Below the pieces are notes generated by a model, which was not told the DNA's origin, did no database searches, and saw nothing but the letters and a program-made list of their open reading frames with translations. Source: an uncultured virus (IMG/VR IMGVR_UViG_3300048889_000033) (taxonomy: Duplodnaviria > Heunggongvirae > Uroviricota > Caudoviricetes). From it: a DNA stretch of 64,000 bases. This document shows positions 18,345-27,215 of the stretch, in pieces (the stretch's first letter is position 1; each line of letters opens with the position of its first letter). The position numbers and the translations under genes are program-made. The stretch lies in the IMG/VR virus record IMGVR_UViG_3300048889_000033; one strand, given 5' to 3'.

Positions 18345-18935
18345 ATGGGTATAACAGACTTTTCAGTACAAATACTTACCAAGGTATTAAATGAATACCA
18401 TCCCAAGACAGTATGTGAACTTGGTGATCAAAATCTCTATACCAACGACGGGAATTACGGACAATATGCTAACCTATTTTATGAGCAAATGGGTATCGAG
18501 GAATATGTTTGTATCGACTTGAATGGTGGTAATGGAGCCTTGCAATGGGATATGGGGAAACCGCAACAAGTTACTCAACAATTCGATTTAGTGACAGACT
18601 TCGGATTTTCGGAGCATGTTGGGAATGAAGGTAAATTCGATTGGGAGGCAATATATAATTGTTGGCTAAATAAACATAATCTTTTAAAAGTTGGTGGGAT
18701 TATGGTAAATGAGAACCCAGCCCATAATCATTGGCCCGGTCACGGATTCAACTACTACACAGAAGACTTCTATAAGGGAATACCTATAACATCCTATGCC
18801 ATATTATCGTTAGGGAGTAATTTTGCGATGGGGAATGTTACTGATGGTGGTAACATCCATTCTATATTATTGAAAGTTGGAGATGATTTCCTGTCTTTTG
18901 ACGAGTTCAAAGAATTAAGCCTTTATCAACAATGA
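18345..18935 (+). CDS. Class I SAM-dependent methyltransferase
   Basis: VCELGDQ, CIDLN, FDLVTDFG.SEHV, LKVGG. Confidence 0.8.
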   Translation: MGITDFSVQILTKVLNEYHPKTVCELGDQNLYTNDGNYGQYANLFYEQMGIEEYVCIDLNGGNGALQWDMGKPQQVTQQFDLVTDFGFSEHVGNEGKFDWEAIYNCWLNKHNLLKVGGIMVNENPAHNHWPGHGFNYYTEDFYKGIPITSYAILSLGSNFAMGNVTDGGNIHSILLKVGDDFLSFDEFKELSLYQQ

Positions 18936-19726
18936 TAAAAACCCGTTTCGATATTGATTGTGAAAATTTTGACCTTTACTTTGCTAAACAAATTCCCGCT
19001 ATAGCCCCAGAGGTAAAGCAGACATTACCCAAAGATGTATTATTTAAACTATTTCGCAAAGGAGGTGAATTCAATGCAAAATCCACCAGTAAATTAGGGT
19101 TTTTAGCAAAGTTATTCATCCTTTGGAAGTGCCTAAATAAGCGGTGGTGGATCGTGGTGGAGGACGAACATAAGGGAATGTCTATAGAACAGTTTTTCGA
19201 GCACAAGAAGGACATTAAAAAAAGAGAGTATGGTATTACCAAAGCGGAGGGATTGGCAAGCACAGGATGCTTTGTTTTGGCTTCCAAAGAGCTTGGCGAC
19301 TGTTTTGAATACCTAAACCGACTTAGTGTTTCACCAGCCTATAATTATATCTCAAAGGCAAAGAATAAAATCCCTAACAAAACCGCCGAATGGAATGAGC
19401 AAATGAAGTATATTCTGCGGTTTATAACCTGCTATGAAGGAGGGAAAAAATCATGGTCTTCCAGTAACCAATTATCTATCCCCGAATGGTACGTTTTGGC
19501 AGCCCTATTCCATGGCAAAGATGTCCCCGGCAGCATATTATATCAGGAAACCTTTAAGCGGGCTTATCAGTCCAGTCCCAATAAGATAAAACGATCTTTT
19601 AGCACACTTCAAAGCAGAGGATATATAGAGAAAACAGGTTTAACCAGAGGTGCTACGCTCAGAATAACATCTTTAGGGAAAAGCGTAGTAGTTTCAATAT
19701 TAGAGAAATATGCTATAAACTGCTGA
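18932..19726 (+). CDS. Protein with C-terminal winged-helix (MarR-like) domain
   Basis: LSIPEWYVL..L, IKRSFSTLQSRGYIEK...LRITSLGK. Confidence 0.65.
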   Translation: MIKTRFDIDCENFDLYFAKQIPAIAPEVKQTLPKDVLFKLFRKGGEFNAKSTSKLGFLAKLFILWKCLNKRWWIVVEDEHKGMSIEQFFEHKKDIKKREYGITKAEGLASTGCFVLASKELGDCFEYLNRLSVSPAYNYISKAKNKIPNKTAEWNEQMKYILRFITCYEGGKKSWSSSNQLSIPEWYVLAALFHGKDVPGSILYQETFKRAYQSSPNKIKRSFSTLQSRGYIEKTGLTRGATLRITSLGKSVVVSILEKYAINC

Positions 19727-19749
19727 TTATTTATTAGGGCCCACTTTGA

Positions 19750-19789
19750 TGTTCCACGAAAAATCGTAAATTGTTCCACGGAGAACAAT
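19750..19789. promoter_or_regulatory. parS-like site(s)
   Basis: TGTTCCACGGAGAACA (19772-19787) matches TGTTCCACGTGGAACA at 14/16; a second TGTTCCACG lies at 19750. Confidence 0.5.
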
Positions 19790-19814
19790 AACAAGTTTTG
19801 TAACTCGTAATAAA

Positions 19815-20009
19815 TTGAGACTCAGAAGACCCAAAGGACAGCATAAAACAGACTGCGCTAAATGTGGTGGTCAAAAAGAGCCTGAAATGGTCGGGAAAGA
19901 GGCTTATTGCCGCAAATGTAAGGCAGAGTATTTGAGGGAATATCGGGCTAATCGGAATGAACTAATTTCTAAAGCCCTTGACTTTTATAAACAACACGTT
20001 GCGCACTGA
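19815..20009 (+). CDS. Small Zn-ribbon protein
   Basis: CAKC...YCRKC. Confidence 0.6.
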   Translation: MRLRRPKGQHKTDCAKCGGQKEPEMVGKEAYCRKCKAEYLREYRANRNELISKALDFYKQHVAH

Positions 20010-20233
20010 TGGAAAAAGAACTTAAACGAGAACTAGCCAACAAGTTGGAAGCCTCAAAATCGGCCATAGTTTTCCTTTTTAATGAGGATGGGATGGTACA
20101 GTCTTATCTTCATGGATCGGCCTTTGAACTAATGGCTACAATGGCTTCAGAAATGGAAAAGGAATCACCAGCAAAGGGTATTATTTTAGGGGCTGTAGAA
20201 ATGTATAATAACAAGCATGGCAAACAAGGGTAG
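20009..20233 (+). CDS. Hypothetical protein
   Basis: 74 aa, overlaps the terminase start. Confidence 0.65.
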   Translation: MEKELKRELANKLEASKSAIVFLFNEDGMVQSYLHGSAFELMATMASEMEKESPAKGIILGAVEMYNNKHGKQG

Positions 20234-22229
20234 CAATATCATACAGTTGATGGATGGGCTTTATGAATATGAGTTGCCCCCCGAACCAAGAGATGAAAAG
20301 AGTATCCTTTTCTACGATATGCCTAAAAAAGACCAGTTTTGGCGGCAGCCCGTTATTCATAATGTAAAAAGGATGACAGAACGGGAAAGGATTGAATATA
20401 TTGAAATACACCGGCGGAGATGGGATGAAGGGGTTTGGTTTTTTAATAATGGTGAACCGACCTATATTACCGGGATACACTACGATTTTTTGACATTCTG
20501 TGATTTTGAAGATTTTGGTGGTAAACCAAACTACTTGGATCAACAGCGTCTTGATTTCTATTTCAGGGATTTGGTGCGAAAAGACCCTAGATGTTATGGC
20601 AGTGTCATTCTAAAATGCCGTCGTTGCGGCATGACAGCCGAAGAAATGTGTCAGGCTATATACACGCTGTTGGAAGATGAGAAATGTAAAATAGGGTTGC
20701 AAAGTAATGAACTTCAAAAGAAATGTCTCCCGGAATTAATGCATCCTATAATCAATATGTATGTTAAGCGTCCAAAATGGATGCGCGAAGACTTCTATAC
20801 ACCCAACGGGAAAAAGCCAAGAAACACGCTAGAACTAACGTCAAATAAAATGGACGGGGAGTCAGATTCGACAGAATCCGATGACCGATTAGGGGGCAAC
20901 GTAATCCCGTATCCCACTACCACGGGAGCGATGGACGGTTCAAAGAAACGATATGTTATCATGGACGAAGTGTGGAAATGGAAAGAGGCATCACCGTTAG
21001 ATACTTTGGGCATTAATAAAAAGTGTGTGGTACAATATGGGATAAAGGGTAAAATTTCTATGCTGTCTACTATGGGGGATTCGGACAGTTATCATGTTGC
21101 AATTAAAGAAGGTTGTCAGATATGGGGACAAAGTAACCCTCGGGTCAGAGACCCTAACGGCAGGACTACTAGCGGTCTTTATAAATGGTTTGTAAGTGGA
21201 ATACATTCTGCTGATATACCCGAAGAATGGCGAGACGTTAAATATGGGAAGGTCAATAAAGAGAAAGCAGAGGAGTATATTTGGAATGAGGTTAATAAAC
21301 ACGATAAAAACAGTAAGGATTATGTTTTTGAATTAAGACGGTTACCTCCGGAAGAAAAGTATGCTTTGATGGCAGCTAATGATAAAAGCTATTGGAGTGT
21401 AATACGGATAGATTCAAGACTACAAGAACTGAATGAACTTCCTAAAGATAAAAAGCCATATGTTAGGGGCAGTTTAGTTGAGGATTCTCACGGAAGGGTT
21501 CATTTTGAAGCAAATGAAACTGGATTTTGGTTAGTAGCATTACACCCCTATTTTTCTGTAGAAAGAGGTATTGACACAAGGAATCGTTTTAGAGTTCATA
21601 ATGGTATTTATTTCCCGCCTGTAAATCCAGAGGGGTGCGTAGGATACGACCCCTTTAGGTATAAGACATCCAATACCACTAGCAATAATCTATCAAAAGC
21701 TTGTATTATTGTTTATAAGAAATATGACTACTTTAATTCAGGAGAATCTAACCAATATTGTGCATTAATGCTTCATCGGCCGAACGACCCGAATGATGCA
21801 CATAAGGAGTTTTTTAAGGCATGTAAATATTGGGGTTACCCCGGAATGGCTGAACGGCAAGTTGAAACTACCGAAACGGTCGCTGAAGATATGCGCATGA
21901 TTCCATTTTTATTAAAAAGTAAGGATAAGGTTTGGGGTATTTGGTCAACTCCAAAGACAACTGAAAATGGGGTTCAAAAACTAGCGACTAAATTTTCTCC
22001 ACCAAAGACTGAGGTTGACACTGATCAAATTGCTATATATCCTTTTGAAGAAGGGTTAATAGATTACAAAAATTTTGATATGACTGATACACTTTCATCT
22101 CACGTTACTATGGCGACCATAATGTGTGAAGAGGGGTTAGAACAGGTTCAGTATACAAACGAGACCGATAATAGCGTAAATACCGTAAGAAACGTAATTC
22201 AGGAAATTATAGTTCCACGAAACAGATAA
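20217..22229 (+). CDS. terL: Terminase large subunit
   Basis: G.WF.NNG.PTYITG.HY, Walker A-like KCRRCGMT, Walker B YVIMDE..KW, nuclease GYDPF; precedes the portal. Confidence 0.9.
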   Translation: MANKGSNIIQLMDGLYEYELPPEPRDEKSILFYDMPKKDQFWRQPVIHNVKRMTERERIEYIEIHRRRWDEGVWFFNNGEPTYITGIHYDFLTFCDFEDFGGKPNYLDQQRLDFYFRDLVRKDPRCYGSVILKCRRCGMTAEEMCQAIYTLLEDEKCKIGLQSNELQKKCLPELMHPIINMYVKRPKWMREDFYTPNGKKPRNTLELTSNKMDGESDSTESDDRLGGNVIPYPTTTGAMDGSKKRYVIMDEVWKWKEASPLDTLGINKKCVVQYGIKGKISMLSTMGDSDSYHVAIKEGCQIWGQSNPRVRDPNGRTTSGLYKWFVSGIHSADIPEEWRDVKYGKVNKEKAEEYIWNEVNKHDKNSKDYVFELRRLPPEEKYALMAANDKSYWSVIRIDSRLQELNELPKDKKPYVRGSLVEDSHGRVHFEANETGFWLVALHPYFSVERGIDTRNRFRVHNGIYFPPVNPEGCVGYDPFRYKTSNTTSNNLSKACIIVYKKYDYFNSGESNQYCALMLHRPNDPNDAHKEFFKACKYWGYPGMAERQVETTETVAEDMRMIPFLLKSKDKVWGIWSTPKTTENGVQKLATKFSPPKTEVDTDQIAIYPFEEGLIDYKNFDMTDTLSSHVTMATIMCEEGLEQVQYTNETDNSVNTVRNVIQEIIVPRNR

Positions 22230-22230
22230 T

Positions 22231-23283
22231 ATGAAAAAACTAAAGCCACTCCACAACAACGTAGTAATAAAGCAACACGATTTAGTCCGGGAAGAAAAAA
22301 CTAAGTCGGGCATAGTCTTGTTACAAAGTGATTTCAATCAATACCAGTTCGGAGACGACAACCAACGGGTAACGGATATAATCTATAAGAAAAAGCAAAA
22401 TAAAGGAACGGTTATAACCTGTGGCAGTGACTGCGGATTTGCCCAAAAAGGGGATACCATCATTTATAAGAAACAAACAGAAAAGTTTTTAGTGGAAGAT
22501 GGCCGGGAGGAGTTACAGATGGTAGAAGAAAAACATATCTTGGTTAAGGTAGCAAACGATAAATATGTAGTCAATGATAACTATGTATTGGTAAAAATAA
22601 CAAAGGAAAGCCGTCAATCAGTTTTTGAAAAGAAAATAAGAAAGGACGACGGTACGTTGGTTGATTTATGCCTTATGGTGCCCCCGGATAAAGATATGGA
22701 CAGGTATTCCCAGTTTTTTGTATCCACTGGTGAGGTAATGGCCGTGGGAACTAATGTACACAATGTACTAGCAGGCGACATAGCCATTATAGACTATCTG
22801 ATTGACAACGATGAAAGCATAATCGTAGGCTATGACGGCGAAGACAAGTTAGTTGCAGTACAAGCCGTCACCATCCGCCATGAGGAAGACAACATAGCCT
22901 ATGCCAACCGAAACAGCCCCAAAGACCAAATAGTATGGTGTAAAGGAGATTATGATCTTACCTCCAAGTTAATCGGGGTAGTGCGAGGGGAAGAACTAAT
23001 AAGTCTTGACCCCTTTGTATTCCTAAATCACGAAAGCAACGTCCATGCCCGCACAACCCAAAGCGGCATTCAGTACGAAGAAACTACCCGAACTCTTGAA
23101 AGAGAGATATTAGCCGTTTCCAATAGGACTTTCAAGGAATTTGGTCTGAAGAAAGGAACGGTTATTTTATGCCATGAATACGATGTATTCAACGTCATGA
23201 TCGGCAGTAAAACCATCTGTGTAATCAATGATGCCGATATACTTGCCATATTGCCTAGCCGGGCGGGGTTGAAGGCAGTTTAA
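22231..23283 (+). CDS. Multi-domain GroES/Cpn10-like co-chaperonin
   Basis: LKPLHNNVVIK..KTKSGIVL, GTVITCG..GD; second unit GEVMAVG..AGD; third unit TTQSGI...INDADILAIL. Confidence 0.8.
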   Translation: MKKLKPLHNNVVIKQHDLVREEKTKSGIVLLQSDFNQYQFGDDNQRVTDIIYKKKQNKGTVITCGSDCGFAQKGDTIIYKKQTEKFLVEDGREELQMVEEKHILVKVANDKYVVNDNYVLVKITKESRQSVFEKKIRKDDGTLVDLCLMVPPDKDMDRYSQFFVSTGEVMAVGTNVHNVLAGDIAIIDYLIDNDESIIVGYDGEDKLVAVQAVTIRHEEDNIAYANRNSPKDQIVWCKGDYDLTSKLIGVVRGEELISLDPFVFLNHESNVHARTTQSGIQYEETTRTLEREILAVSNRTFKEFGLKKGTVILCHEYDVFNVMIGSKTICVINDADILAILPSRAGLKAV

Positions 23284-23342
23284 AACGATATTTGGCGGTT
23301 TCAATAATTTCTCTTTATTTTTAGGGTCTAAATCATTGAGTT

Positions 23343-23522
23343 ATGTTTACCATTCGTCGAAATTTTTATGATGTAGGTCAGTTGTCTGGTACAGACGCAA
23401 TCGCAGCCGCCATTAGCGGGGGTACGTTGATTAACGGGGATCAGCTAGTCTATAGGTTCCTCAGCAATCAGGTGCTATACGGAACTATGGTAGGTAATGC
23501 CGTTGTATTAGCGAAGAACTAA
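23343..23522 (+). CDS. Hypothetical small protein
   Basis: Manual 59-aa ORF MFTIRRNFYDVGQLSGTDAIAAAISGG...; lies between a promoter-like TTTG-N21-TATTTTTA and a terminator. Confidence 0.6.
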   Translation: MFTIRRNFYDVGQLSGTDAIAAAISGGTLINGDQLVYRFLSNQVLYGTMVGNAVVLAKN

Positions 23523-23545
23523 GACACCCGATTTAATCTAATTTC

Positions 23546-23573
23546 AGGCGGCAATACATATTGTTGCCTTTTT
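23546..23573 (+). terminator. Intrinsic terminator
   Basis: AGGCGGCAAT-ACAT-ATTGTTGCCT-TTTT. Confidence 0.7.
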
Positions 23574-23595
23574 GGTATTTAAAATATAAAGCAAC

Positions 23596-26118
23596 GTGGC
23601 AGAAAAAAATGTAGGCAAGACCCCCTTAGTTACTGACAGAAGTTGGTATTATACGGATACGGCCTTCATGCCAGCCGAAGACAAAAATGCCCTTTGGTTG
23701 GCACAATTTTTATTTTATGCTAAAAATGCCGGGCAACAGTTTTTGGATACTAAACGTGCCCATGTTTATCGTGCTTTAGAACGATTAGAAATTGATCGAC
23801 AAGAGTATGTTAATATTATTGATCCTGTTACCCCGATGGGCGGCGGTGGTAAAGCAGAGTTTTTTGCTTCTGACTTTAAGGCCAATCCGATAGACATTCA
23901 CTTAGATAATATTGTCCGGGCAAAATTGGATAAGATAGGAGAGGATAATAAATTACAAGTAAGTGAAATAGATAAGTTTGCCAAAATTCAAAAACAACGG
24001 GATAAAGACAAGATTATTTATCAACGGGAATTTAGGAAACTTATCAACGAAGTCCATCAAGAATTAGGATTGCCACCCATAAAAGATAGTCAAAATCCCT
24101 ACAGCTACGTAAAATCATTGGGTGATCAGGATAAGGATAAAATGATCAACAGTGTTGACACACTTTTGGATTACATTAAAAGCCAAATTAAAGACAGTCA
24201 AGACCTAACACTATATGAAACCTATATTTATAAGGGTGACATTGAAAGAGCGTTTGAACTTGGAATAGAACACTATTTAATCAACCTGAATAAATGGCGG
24301 GTTAAATGCGAGTATTTCAATAATGACTTAAAGAACTTCAATAAAGCGTGCGGGCGGTGGTATACTGATGAAACCAACGGACGGGGTACGGTAGAATATC
24401 TTAACCCGGAACGTCTTTATACCAGTCCTTTCCAAGAGAAAAATGGTGAAGATATTGTCTTTTGGTTCTATGAAAAGGATATTACGTTTGCAGAATTTGT
24501 ACGTCAATTTGGAACTACACTAACTGACGAGCAGTTAAAAGAAGTTTTTGAGCTTAATAAACAACAGAATGCGCAACATGGTATGGAATGGAAAAGCGCT
24601 AGGGGGGTGAAGGGGAGTAGCGCTAAAATACGTATCGGGCAATTAAGTTGTTTGACACAAGATGCCGATAACTTTTCTGAAAAGTATGTAAATAACAAAA
24701 TACCGGCATGGCAAAGAAAACCGCTGAGTTGGCTACCAGAAAAACACACACCTAACAAATATAAATCAGAACAGAGACAAAGGATATACAATGTTTGGTA
24801 TAGTTGTTATTACGTGCCGCCTCCTTCTACAAAACTAAGTAGCAATTCACAGGTAGATTGGGCTTGGCAAAGTCAATACATCTTTAACATAAAAAAGGAT
24901 GTTGATATGTATAGGTATGGTGTTGATATGAGATATGCTAAATCAACACTTGTTATATGGAAGGACGATAGGCCATCCTTTACGGACATTAAACAGGCCT
25001 TCATGCCGAAGATTCATACTACGTGGCATAAATTCCAAAACTGTCTAATCAATGATGTGGATGCCGTGGCCATTGCAGAAGAATTTTTAGGGGCTATGCT
25101 GAACGCATCGGATGAGGCCAATAAGATTAGCCCCGGTGATCCCAAAAGACCAACAGGAGGTAACGGGGTAGACGCCGGAATGTTAGCGTGGAAACAGATC
25201 AAGCAAGGAAACATGGCATTCCTTAAAATGACAGACAAGAACGGAAATGCAATAGTTGACCCATCGAAATTTGTTATTCCGATTAAAAACGGACAATTAG
25301 AGCGGGCTGAAAAGCACTTACAGATCATCATGGAATTATATAATATGATGACTATTAGCCTTGCCCAAAGTGATGTTTCTGAGGGACAGGATGCAAAACC
25401 TCGAACTCCGGTAGCCGGCATACAAGCCTCTTTAATTGCCTCAAGTAATGGAATTTGGTTTATAGAAAAGCCAGTAAGAGAGGTTCTTATCATGTTTGGG
25501 GAAAGAGTAGTTCAACATATACTTTGTATGGTGAAGGAAAAGAAAAAGTATGGCTATAAGCAACGGTGGGAAGAATTTCAAAATGTTATAGGCCTTGCAA
25601 ATGCTTTAATGATTGAAGGCATCGAAGACATACAACCAGAAGAAATAGGCATAACGGTAAGTCTTGAAGATGTAAGGGCTAATCAGCAATATGTGCTAGA
25701 ACTAGCAAATAAAATGGCCGATAATCAAGAGATAGGTCGTGAAATGGTTGGTTTGGTAATGAGTCAAGTATCCGTTAATTATAAGTACGCTTACGTTTTA
25801 TTAATGGTCGCCGCAAAACGTCGTCAAGAGGAAATCGCTCATAAGGAGCAATTACAACATGAGCGTGAATTACAATTAGAAAAAGAAAAGCAGCAAACAG
25901 CTAAAATATTGATGGGCTTTAAAACTGAAGGAGAGATAGCCAAGATAGACGAGAAAGGTAAGATTCAGATAATGATCAACGAAGCATTAGCTAAACTGAA
26001 GCATCAAGCGATGACAGATCAAAAGGCCCAATTACTTGAAAATAAAAAGGAACAGGATAAAAATAAAGCAGAGTTACAAGAGCAAGGAAAGGTACAGGAC
26101 GCTATGGCGGGGACTTAG
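23596..26118 (+). CDS. Portal protein
   Basis: 840 aa, position after the terminase, C-terminal Q/E/K coiled coil; call rests on synteny and architecture. Confidence 0.75.
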   Translation: MAEKNVGKTPLVTDRSWYYTDTAFMPAEDKNALWLAQFLFYAKNAGQQFLDTKRAHVYRALERLEIDRQEYVNIIDPVTPMGGGGKAEFFASDFKANPIDIHLDNIVRAKLDKIGEDNKLQVSEIDKFAKIQKQRDKDKIIYQREFRKLINEVHQELGLPPIKDSQNPYSYVKSLGDQDKDKMINSVDTLLDYIKSQIKDSQDLTLYETYIYKGDIERAFELGIEHYLINLNKWRVKCEYFNNDLKNFNKACGRWYTDETNGRGTVEYLNPERLYTSPFQEKNGEDIVFWFYEKDITFAEFVRQFGTTLTDEQLKEVFELNKQQNAQHGMEWKSARGVKGSSAKIRIGQLSCLTQDADNFSEKYVNNKIPAWQRKPLSWLPEKHTPNKYKSEQRQRIYNVWYSCYYVPPPSTKLSSNSQVDWAWQSQYIFNIKKDVDMYRYGVDMRYAKSTLVIWKDDRPSFTDIKQAFMPKIHTTWHKFQNCLINDVDAVAIAEEFLGAMLNASDEANKISPGDPKRPTGGNGVDAGMLAWKQIKQGNMAFLKMTDKNGNAIVDPSKFVIPIKNGQLERAEKHLQIIMELYNMMTISLAQSDVSEGQDAKPRTPVAGIQASLIASSNGIWFIEKPVREVLIMFGERVVQHILCMVKEKKKYGYKQRWEEFQNVIGLANALMIEGIEDIQPEEIGITVSLEDVRANQQYVLELANKMADNQEIGREMVGLVMSQVSVNYKYAYVLLMVAAKRRQEEIAHKEQLQHERELQLEKEKQQTAKILMGFKTEGEIAKIDEKGKIQIMINEALAKLKHQAMTDQKAQLLENKKEQDKNKAELQEQGKVQDAMAGT

Positions 26119-26825
26119 TGGGAAGCCCGTTTTCTATTCCTTTCTCTTATGTAATCACGCCATGAAAGCGGGTCTATGCGCCGTTCATCTGTCATTTCAA
26201 AATTAAAGTCACTCTGTACTACATGGTCTAGTTGGACGAATTCCTTTTTTATTTCGCTTAATAGCATATCCGAATCCCGACGGGCTTTAAGCGCCTGCTC
26301 CAATAGTTCCCCCTTCTGCTTTGATATTTTTGCCAGTACATCCAAATCATAATCCTGAACCAATTCTTTTACCTCTCCCTCCTTATTCATTTTGTCGATC
26401 TTCTTTTCTGTTTCCATTTTCTGGCTAACAAACCGAAGGGTATTACTATGGAAGTCTAGTGACACCATTATCTGTCGCCATTTCCATGTAGTTTGTTCTA
26501 TCAGGTATTCCCCTATGACTTCATTAACAGTATCATTCTCATTTTTTGCAATTTCTTCAAATTGTTCAAATTGATAATCCTCTGTAAGGCTTCTGAGTAT
26601 TTTGATTTTGTTATCATAGCGGTCTTGTTTAAGGTTTAGCCAACTGCTGTCATTATCGTATGCCAGTACAACAAAACCAATAATAGCGTTTATGTTACTT
26701 ATATTGAAATTAAGTCTATATATCGGTTCAAATATTTTGTGTAGGTTTATTTCTTCCAAATCAGGGAGCCAATTTTTATCCATCTCTTTTGATAGACCAC
26801 GTATTTTATCTATTGCTTTTTGCAT
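26115..26825 (-). CDS. Hypothetical helical protein (possible small terminase)
   Basis: 236-aa ORF antisense within the head module. Confidence 0.6.
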   Translation of the reverse strand: MQKAIDKIRGLSKEMDKNWLPDLEEINLHKIFEPIYRLNFNISNINAIIGFVVLAYDNDSSWLNLKQDRYDNKIKILRSLTEDYQFEQFEEIAKNENDTVNEVIGEYLIEQTTWKWRQIMVSLDFHSNTLRFVSQKMETEKKIDKMNKEGEVKELVQDYDLDVLAKISKQKGELLEQALKARRDSDMLLSEIKKEFVQLDHVVQSDFNFEMTDERRIDPLSWRDYIRERNRKRASH

Positions 26826-27124
26826 CTTTCTTTTGCTTTTAGGAGGAGATTAGTTCCGTTAGACTCAGGAATGTGAAGTATTCCCTTTCTTACTTCTCTC
26901 ATTACCTTTTGTTTACCTTCCTTACATTGAACACTAACCGTAGTGCCTTTACAAACCTCACAGGGTTGACCGGAATAGGCTAATACTTTTTGAATGGACA
27001 ATCCAGTTGTATCAACCTCGTCAATAATTTTTTTGAAAGAAGCCTCTCCAAAAGTCAATTCTACCCTATTATATTTTCTTATTACTATTCCTTTGTAAGT
27101 GTACAAGATTGGGTTATTCTTCAT
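26810..27124 (-). CDS. Hypothetical protein with CxxC
   Basis: 104 aa, PCEVC. Confidence 0.65.
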   Translation of the reverse strand: MKNNPILYTYKGIVIRKYNRVELTFGEASFKKIIDEVDTTGLSIQKVLAYSGQPCEVCKGTTVSVQCKEGKQKVMREVRKGILHIPESNGTNLLLKAKERCKKQ

Positions 27125-27135
27125 AATAAGTTGGC

Positions 27136-27151
27136 TTTTACCCGGGTAAAA
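27136..27151. promoter_or_regulatory. Perfect 16-bp palindrome, candidate operator
   Basis: TTTTACCCGGGTAAAA in a divergent gap; repeated at 55108. Confidence 0.65.
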
Positions 27152-27215
27152 ATAATGAAAAAAAAGTAAACGGATACTATTTAAAATTATTTTTGGATAA
27201 GATATTCAATCTATT

